Part shown: in pieces, positions 58,097-64,000 of the stretch | Position numbering within the stretch: the stretch's first letter is position 1 | Layout of the letters: every line of letters begins with the position of its first letter | From: Armatimonadota bacterium | GTDB lineage: Bacteria; Armatimonadota; UBA5829; DSUL01 | Length of the DNA stretch: 64,000 bases | Direction of reading: 5' to 3' | Assembly: GCA_039811685.1 (NCBI GenBank) | Contig: JBDHZC010000003.1 | Location: 192,001-256,000 of the forward strand | Notes under the pieces: model-generated | Told to the model about the DNA's origin: nothing | The model's database searches: none | What the model saw: only the letters and a program-made list of their open reading frames with translations | Position numbers and translations under genes: made by a program

Positions 58097-58383
58097 AACT
58101 CGCCATCATCATTTATGACACTGGAGCGGAATCTCTGGTTGAGGAGGCTCTCGAGGAAGTTGGCGCCAGTGCGTGGACGCGAGTGACAGATGTAGTGGGC
58201 AAAGGGCGAACGGGACTGCGTATGGGAGATCCGGTCTTTCCCGGCGTCAACAACGTTATGCTGTGTGTGATCGAAGATGAACAGGTTGAGCCGTTGAGAC
58301 AGCGTCTGCTCAGCGTGCCGGATGAGTTTATCAAGCAGCTTGCTTTCCGCGTCTTCATCTCAGACTGCGAAGTCCTGGTCTAG
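58093..58383 (+). CDS. P-II-like transporter-associated protein (PG0541-like)
   Basis: MKLAIIIY...WTRVTDVVGKGRTG..MGDPVFPGVN; start overlaps the RND stop. Confidence 0.75.
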   Translation: MKLAIIIYDTGAESLVEEALEEVGASAWTRVTDVVGKGRTGLRMGDPVFPGVNNVMLCVIEDEQVEPLRQRLLSVPDEFIKQLAFRVFISDCEVLV

Positions 58384-58467
58384 CCTTTCTGTGCCCTGGA
58401 AACGCCAGGGGCCGCCAGCCCTCATCGCCGCCGGCAGCCCCTGATACTCGGTCAGATTGGCAGCAGT

Positions 58468-59925
58468 CTATCCTTTGATATCGCCGGCTTCGATGCTGAG
58501 AGCCGCCGCCACTCCTTCTCCGTAAGCCTTATCAGCTTTCAGGCAGTTGCTGATATGACGCCCCTTGATCTCATCTGGAACACCCGCCATAGCCCGGGCC
58601 GTGTTTCCGAACAGGGCTTTTCGCTGCTCCTGGCTCATTAGGCGGAACAGCATTCCTGGCTGCGTGTAGTAGTCGTCATCGTCTTCCCGGAAGCTCCAGT
58701 GGTCCGCTGCGCCTTCAATCTTCAGCGGAGGCTCCGCGTACTCCGGCTGCTCCTGCCACTCCCCGTAGCTATTCGGCTCATAGCCAAGAGTCCCACCGAA
58801 GTTTCCGTCCACGCGCATAGCGCCATCTCTGTGGTAGCTGTGCGCATTGGGACAGCGCGACGCATTGACTGGAATGAGGTGGTGGTTAACCCCGAGACGG
58901 TACCGCTGAGCGTCTCCATAGGAGAAAAGACGCCCCTGCAGCATTTTGTCTGGAGAGAATCCGATTCCCGGCACAACATTAGCCGGATTGAAGGCTGACT
59001 GCTCAACCTCAGCGAAGTAGTTCTCCGGATTCCGGTTCAGCTCCATCACGCCCACCTCAATCAGTGGATAGTCCTTGTGAAGCCAGACTTTGCTGAGATC
59101 GAACGGATGGAATCGGTAATGCGCTGCGTCAGCCTCCGGCATGATCTGCACAAAAAGCTTCCACTTCGGGAAATTTCCGGCGTCGATGCTTTCCAGAAGG
59201 TCGCGCTGATGGCTTTCGCGGTCTTTAGCGACAATCGCTTCAGCTTCTTCGTCCGTCAAATTGCGAATGCCCTGTTGCGTCACGAAGTGAAACTTCACCC
59301 AGTTGCGCTCATTCTTCGCGTTGATGAAGCTGAATGTGTGACTGCCAAACCCATGCATGTGACGATAAGAGTAGGGGATTCCCCGATCGCTCATCGTGAT
59401 TGTCACCTGGTGCAACGCCTCAGGCAGCGATGACCAGAAGTCCCAGTTGTTACGCGCGCTGCGCATATTCGTGCGTGGATCGCGTTTGACGGCGTGATTC
59501 AGATCCGGGAATTTTAGCGGATCCCGCAGGAAGAACACCGGCGTGTTGTTGCCCGCCAGGTCCCAGTTGCCTTCTTCGGTGTAGAACTTGATCGCAAAGC
59601 CGCGAATGTCGCGCTCCGCATCCGCCGCACCCCGCTCTCCAGCTACGGTCGAAAACCGGACAAACAGGTCAGTTTTCTTTCCAATTTCGGAGAATATCTT
59701 CGCTCTGGTATAGCGGGTGATGTCGTGGGTGACCGTGAATGTCCCGTAGGCCCCGGAACCTTTGGCATGCATGCGTCTTTCTGGAATGACCTCGCGGTCA
59801 AAGTGCGCCAGCTTTTCCAGAAACCAGACATCCTGCAGAAGCATTGGCCCTCGTGGGCCGGCGGTCATCGCATTCTGATTGTCAACAATCGGCGACCCCG
59901 CGTTGTTCGTCAGTTTCTTTTTCAT
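58468..59925 (-). CDS. katA: Monofunctional small-subunit haem catalase
   Basis: [48 protein letters not shown]. Confidence 0.96.
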   Translation of the reverse strand: MKKKLTNNAGSPIVDNQNAMTAGPRGPMLLQDVWFLEKLAHFDREVIPERRMHAKGSGAYGTFTVTHDITRYTRAKIFSEIGKKTDLFVRFSTVAGERGAADAERDIRGFAIKFYTEEGNWDLAGNNTPVFFLRDPLKFPDLNHAVKRDPRTNMRSARNNWDFWSSLPEALHQVTITMSDRGIPYSYRHMHGFGSHTFSFINAKNERNWVKFHFVTQQGIRNLTDEEAEAIVAKDRESHQRDLLESIDAGNFPKWKLFVQIMPEADAAHYRFHPFDLSKVWLHKDYPLIEVGVMELNRNPENYFAEVEQSAFNPANVVPGIGFSPDKMLQGRLFSYGDAQRYRLGVNHHLIPVNASRCPNAHSYHRDGAMRVDGNFGGTLGYEPNSYGEWQEQPEYAEPPLKIEGAADHWSFREDDDDYYTQPGMLFRLMSQEQRKALFGNTARAMAGVPDEIKGRHISNCLKADKAYGEGVAAALSIEAGDIKG

Positions 59926-60193
59926 GCGAACCTCCAGTCTGCGTTTTCACGTATTTGTCGTATTCGTTGATCCGATAAAAGACGTTCCGTGCGCCTACAA
60001 AGACCAGTTAACCGCTTCTCCCGCCCAAACCTCTGTCGGACCGCGGGATTTGTACGCTTCTGCTCAGGATTCAACAGACAATGTCGTGACACGATATGGA
60101 CACATTTTGAGGTTCATCCGCACAGACAGCGACCATTGTGTATCCAGCGCCAGGCGTGTGCCGGCCGGATAGCCTCGCCCGAGGGGGAGACCT

Positions 60194-61162
60194 TCAGCCA
60201 GCCTGTCTGAGGGCCACGGCCTTCTGACGCTTCTGCAGTACCTCTTCGATTTGCTGCAACTCTTCTGGCGTCAGGACAACGTCGCTGGCGGCTGCGTTCT
60301 CTTCGATCTGGGCGGGTGATGTTGCCCCAACGATGGGCGCAGTGATCTCAGGGTGTGTCAGTATCCACGCCAGCGCCAGTTGATTCAACTTCGCGTTGCG
60401 GCTGTGAGCAATGTCCGCGAGAGCACTGAGGGCGCTGATATTTTCCGAGGTTAGAAGAGACTCCTGAGCCTTATCGTCAAGACGAGACCCGACCGGCGCT
60501 TTGCCGCCCAGATATTTCTCTGTCAGAAGGCCCTGCTCCAGAGGACTGTACACGATCATCCCTATCCCCTCAGCTCCACAGCGCTTCATCAGAGTCGTTT
60601 CGATGTGCGTGTCGAACATGCTGTATCGCGGCTGGATGGACACAATCCGTGGCAGACCCTTGCGCTCCGAAGCCAGCAGCGCGTCCCGAAGAAGCTCTGT
60701 GTCATAGTTCGAGCAGCCTGCGTAGAGCACCTTACCCTGTCGCATGAGCAAATCCATCGCTTCAAGCGACTCCTCGATCGGCGTCTCGGCATCAGGCCAA
60801 TGAAACTGATAGATGTCCACGTAATCCAGATCGAGTCGTTTGAGGCTGTGGTTTGCCGCCTCAATGAGATGTTTCTTACTCAGGCCCTGGCCATTGGGCC
60901 CGTCCCACATCTGCACCCGGCCTTTGGTCGCCACAACGACCTGTTCGCGCGGTTTCGTCTTCAGCCAGGCGCCCAGTATCTTTTCCGCTTCACCATGCGC
61001 ATAAGCATCAGCGGTGTCGTAGAGATTGACGCCCAGGTCCCACGCTCGGTCCAGCACCTGGTGCGAAGCCTTTTCATCCAGTTTCGCTCCCATCGTCAGC
61101 CAGTTCCCAAGCGCTATCTCTGAGACCTTAAGTCCCGTTGCGCCCAGTCTTCGATACTTCAT
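60194..61162 (-). CDS. Aldo/keto reductase (Kv-beta-like)
   Basis: GLKVSEIALG, DTADAY, ATK, SLKRLDLDYVDIYQFH, GCSN, YSPL.QGLL, PIVGATS..QIEEN. Confidence 0.92.
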   Translation of the reverse strand: MKYRRLGATGLKVSEIALGNWLTMGAKLDEKASHQVLDRAWDLGVNLYDTADAYAHGEAEKILGAWLKTKPREQVVVATKGRVQMWDGPNGQGLSKKHLIEAANHSLKRLDLDYVDIYQFHWPDAETPIEESLEAMDLLMRQGKVLYAGCSNYDTELLRDALLASERKGLPRIVSIQPRYSMFDTHIETTLMKRCGAEGIGMIVYSPLEQGLLTEKYLGGKAPVGSRLDDKAQESLLTSENISALSALADIAHSRNAKLNQLALAWILTHPEITAPIVGATSPAQIEENAAASDVVLTPEELQQIEEVLQKRQKAVALRQAG

Positions 61163-61268
61163 TGCTTGTCTCCCCTATACTTCGAATGTCGCTGCTCCAT
61201 TCGGTGGCGACCTCCAAAACTACGTCTAAACACTATCTCTACTTGCCGCTTCTCCCGACTCAACTCTG

Positions 61269-62297
61269 TCAGTCACGATACTTCAAAGCGACAGCCAGCG
61301 TCTCCCCGGGATGCTCCATCACCTGCTCATAGGCTTCAGGCGCTTCATCCACACTGAACTCATGCGTAATCAGGCTCTCAACTTCGACCTGGCGAATGTG
61401 CAACAGCCGGATAAACTCCGCCAGATTCCGGCCCTCACTCCAGCGAACGTAAGGGTAGGGCAGGTCCTCTCCGTCTCTTTCGTAGGAAGGATCGTAGCGT
61501 CCAGGGCCTGCTGCGCGGGAGATCAGCACCTGCGCTTCCTTGCCAAAGAACAGCGATCGATCCAGTTCAATCTGCGCCACTCCCACGACCACGATCCTCC
61601 CGCCAAATCTCAGCATCTTCAACGCCTGGGCTATCGGCTCTGCTGAGTCTGTAGCGACACAAATGACGACTGCATCAGCGCCGTGGCCATCCGTTGAGGC
61701 CAACAACTCATCCACAGATACCTCACCTGGCCGGATTATGCACACCCCTGCTTCGGCCGCTGTGTCAGCGCGCATCTGAAGGAAGTCACACCCAAAAACC
61801 TGCTGCCCGCCCGCCAGAAATATGCGAGCCACTATCTGTCCGAGCACGCCAAGCCCGAGGACAACAACGGTCTCTCCGAGGCGCAGGTCAGCCCTGCGTA
61901 CAGCCTGCATAGCGATACCGCCGAGACCGAGAAACGCCCCGGATCGCAGCGACACATTGTCTGGTAGCTTTACGCATAGATGCTTGCTGATTTTGCTCTT
62001 TGAGGCGTGACCTGCCTGAGCGAAGCTGCTTCCATAAGCTCCTACGCGATCCCCAGTTGATACTGTATCCACACCGGAACCCACAGCTGTTACACAACCG
62101 GAGTTTGTATAGCCCAGCGGCGTCAATCCGGGCTGGTTCGCTGAAGACTTTCGCGCCGCACGAATGCCCATAGTCTCCGTTCCGGTGCTGATGATGGAGA
62201 AAGTCGTGTCGGTCACTATGAACTGGTTTCCAACTTTCGGGTCTTCGGTTTGCCGGACGACTATCTCGCCCCTCTCATTCAAACAAACTTGTTTCAT
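61269..62297 (-). CDS. MDR-superfamily (zinc-binding ADH-like) dehydrogenase
   Basis: ISTGTE, PLGYTNSG, GLGVLGQ, SRAAGPGRYD..YE, RWSEGRN, LITHEF. Confidence 0.85.
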   Translation of the reverse strand: MKQVCLNERGEIVVRQTEDPKVGNQFIVTDTTFSIISTGTETMGIRAARKSSANQPGLTPLGYTNSGCVTAVGSGVDTVSTGDRVGAYGSSFAQAGHASKSKISKHLCVKLPDNVSLRSGAFLGLGGIAMQAVRRADLRLGETVVVLGLGVLGQIVARIFLAGGQQVFGCDFLQMRADTAAEAGVCIIRPGEVSVDELLASTDGHGADAVVICVATDSAEPIAQALKMLRFGGRIVVVGVAQIELDRSLFFGKEAQVLISRAAGPGRYDPSYERDGEDLPYPYVRWSEGRNLAEFIRLLHIRQVEVESLITHEFSVDEAPEAYEQVMEHPGETLAVALKYRD

Positions 62298-62397
62298 ACG
62301 TCCTGTCCTGTCCGTTGCCTGGTAGCTTTAGAGGAATGAAACGCTTCACCGCATAACGCCACTTCAGACGCACTCGGGTCACAGGAGAGTTGTTACA

Positions 62398-63069
62398 ATG
62401 CGGGAGTTGATTCCTCTATTGCGGGCCATTGATACGCCGACGCTGGCCAACGCTATCGAACTGCTCGATTTGCGCCATCCCACCACCGGCTTCTCCAGCG
62501 CTGAGCTCAGACATCTCACGCCAGAGCTTGGAGTCATGTGCGGGTTCGCACTCACCGCCGAAGTCGAGACTATGTCCGCAGACCGGGTGCCTCCGAGCCC
62601 TGAAAAATTCCTTGAGCTTTACCGTGCTCTGGAGAGCGCGCCGAAGCCCGCAGTTGTTGTTCTTCGTGAGGTGACAGGATTGCCTCTGTATTCGGCGCAT
62701 GCAGGCGAAGTAATGAGTACGGTCTTCAAACGCCTCGGAGCCGACGGTCTCGTGAGTGACTCCGCAGTGAGAGACCTGCCGGAGGTGCGGGCGTTGGGTT
62801 TTCACTACTTTGCCCGCGGGACCGTAGCAAGCCACGGCAACTTCCGAATTGTGCGCATTGGGTCTCCCGTCACTGTCTGCGGTCTGCAGATTTCTCCAGG
62901 GGATCTGCTGCACGGAGATGTAAACGGTCTGATACAGGTGCCACAGAACGGTAGAGAGCGCCTGCCTGGCCTGGCAAGAGAAGTGCGCGAGCGTGAGCAG
63001 CGGCTTCTCAACTGGGTGCGTAGTGAGGATTTTCAGATGACTAAGCTGCTGGACCGGATGACGCACTAA
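62398..63069 (+). CDS. RraA / HMG-CHA aldolase-like family protein
   Basis: DTPTLANAIE, GEVMS, VSDSAVRD, SHG, PGDLLHGDVNG. Confidence 0.85.
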   Translation: MRELIPLLRAIDTPTLANAIELLDLRHPTTGFSSAELRHLTPELGVMCGFALTAEVETMSADRVPPSPEKFLELYRALESAPKPAVVVLREVTGLPLYSAHAGEVMSTVFKRLGADGLVSDSAVRDLPEVRALGFHYFARGTVASHGNFRIVRIGSPVTVCGLQISPGDLLHGDVNGLIQVPQNGRERLPGLAREVREREQRLLNWVRSEDFQMTKLLDRMTH

Positions 63070-63133
63070 CCGTCCCGAATCCTGATTTCCGGACTATTTT
63101 TGTTCGCTGTTGCTTTCTCCGGAAGATGTCACT

Positions 63134-64000
63134 CTACTGCGCTCCCGCTATGAGCGCCAGGCGGCCTTGAAGTCCGGCGGCCGTCTGCGCTGGCGCCAAG
63201 CCCGTGTGAATCCTCACTGCGATCTCGTTCTCGCCTTGCTTCAGCAAGTCTGTCACATCAAGGCGCATCTCTGCGGGGCGTTCGTAGGCGTCTTTGTACG
63301 GGCGGTGTCCCGCGTATTGGCCGTTTACCCACACCCATCCCTCTGTCTCAAGCACCGGTGCGTACAGGTAAACCCGGCGTCCTGCTGGCAGCTCCGGGAC
63401 TGTGACCTTCGTGCGATACCACAGCGCGCCTGTATACGGAAAGCCTCGTGAATCCAGATAGCCCTGAAGATAGAATGGTGACGTTGTAGAAACAGGCCGC
63501 CAGCCGCGCTCAGAGATTTCGGATTTGTACCACTCCTGAATCAGCCCGTCGTCGCGCTCATCTGTGCGCAATAGCGCTTTCTCGGGCAAATAAGCGACGA
63601 CTGGTCCTGCTTTTCCGGACATAGCATCTGCCATGTCCTCGTAGTATTTCAGGCGATCCGGCAGTCCCCAGTAGGCGTACGGACTTTCTTGTTCCGGCAT
63701 GAGCAGTCCGTTGATTGCGTTCAATTCTTTGCGCAGTGCCAGCATCCTGCGCGCACCGTCGGCTGCCTTTCGAAAATCACACAGAGCTTCAGATCTGCAC
63801 ATTGTCATGTAGGCTTTGAGATGCTCGTAAATCAGTCTGTCCACCCTCACGTGCAACTGGTCACGCTCAGTGTCAGCGAGCCGCTCAGCGCGTCCGAGGC
63901 TTACAGCCAACGCGCGCATCAATGACGGAGTATAGACTTCAGGGAGCACTCTGTCTTCGTGGCCGTGCACGTCCGTCTTTTCCAGAGCAGCCTCCAGCGT
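63134..64000 (-). CDS. C-terminal part of a probable DUF4838-type protein with a galactose-binding/GH2-N-like domain (5' end outside window)
   Basis: YTGALWYR..V.VP, WVWVNGQYAGH, LDVTDLLKQGENEIAVRI. The frame is open to the window edge. Confidence 0.6.
   Translation of the reverse strand, partial: TLEAALEKTDVHGHEDRVLPEVYTPSLMRALAVSLGRAERLADTERDQLHVRVDRLIYEHLKAYMTMCRSEALCDFRKAADGARRMLALRKELNAINGLLMPEQESPYAYWGLPDRLKYYEDMADAMSGKAGPVVAYLPEKALLRTDERDDGLIQEWYKSEISERGWRPVSTTSPFYLQGYLDSRGFPYTGALWYRTKVTVPELPAGRRVYLYAPVLETEGWVWVNGQYAGHRPYKDAYERPAEMRLDVTDLLKQGENEIAVRIHTGLAPAQTAAGLQGRLALIAGAQ

Noticed and set aside
58405..58442. CAGGGGC...GCCCCTG hairpin between the PII-like gene and katA
   Set aside because: Large loop and no clear U tract on either strand; not confidently a terminator.
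1..64000. CRISPR arrays, tRNA/rRNA genes, IS elements, integrases, reverse transcriptases
   Set aside because: No regularly spaced repeats, cloverleaf/T-loop signatures or DDE/RT/recombinase motifs were seen. Almost all sequence is explained by ordinary CDSs. Checked by eye only.

Overview
This is a 64-kb, GC-rich, gene-dense bacterial chromosomal window. It most resembles Armatimonadota, an inference from the style of its large secreted proteins, an H-X9-DG-type pseudopilin tail and Tat-exported TIM barrels. I found no tRNA, rRNA, CRISPR array or transposase. The content is glycan-processing enzymes (GH140-like, heparinase II/III-like, clan GH-A enzymes, a sulfatase), sulfur genes (metY, TauE/DUF1634, cysS), a feoB operon, a MoxR/DUF58/DUF4350/DUF4129 operon, an AbrB-TolC-ABC-LolA-like-MFP-RND-PII-like operon, and stress genes (tpx, katA, SPW protein). 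Five observations stand out. (1) A ~190-aa tandem OB-fold-like module is shared by three otherwise unrelated exported proteins and is a candidate lineage-specific surface-sorting or anchoring tag. (2) A predicted outer-membrane barrel with no Cys or Met in its mature chain is co-oriented behind metY under an IscR/CymR-like operator. (3) A SigB/SigF-like promoter is followed by a leader with mutually exclusive terminator and antiterminator folds ahead of an SPW gene. (4) The hybrid ABC+RND export operon has an AbrB-type regulator frameshifted by apparent loss of one 8-nt tandem unit. (5) The feo operon has a perfect palindromic operator and an unlisted 68-aa Cys-rich protein. All family assignments come from motif recognition by eye; no database searches were run.
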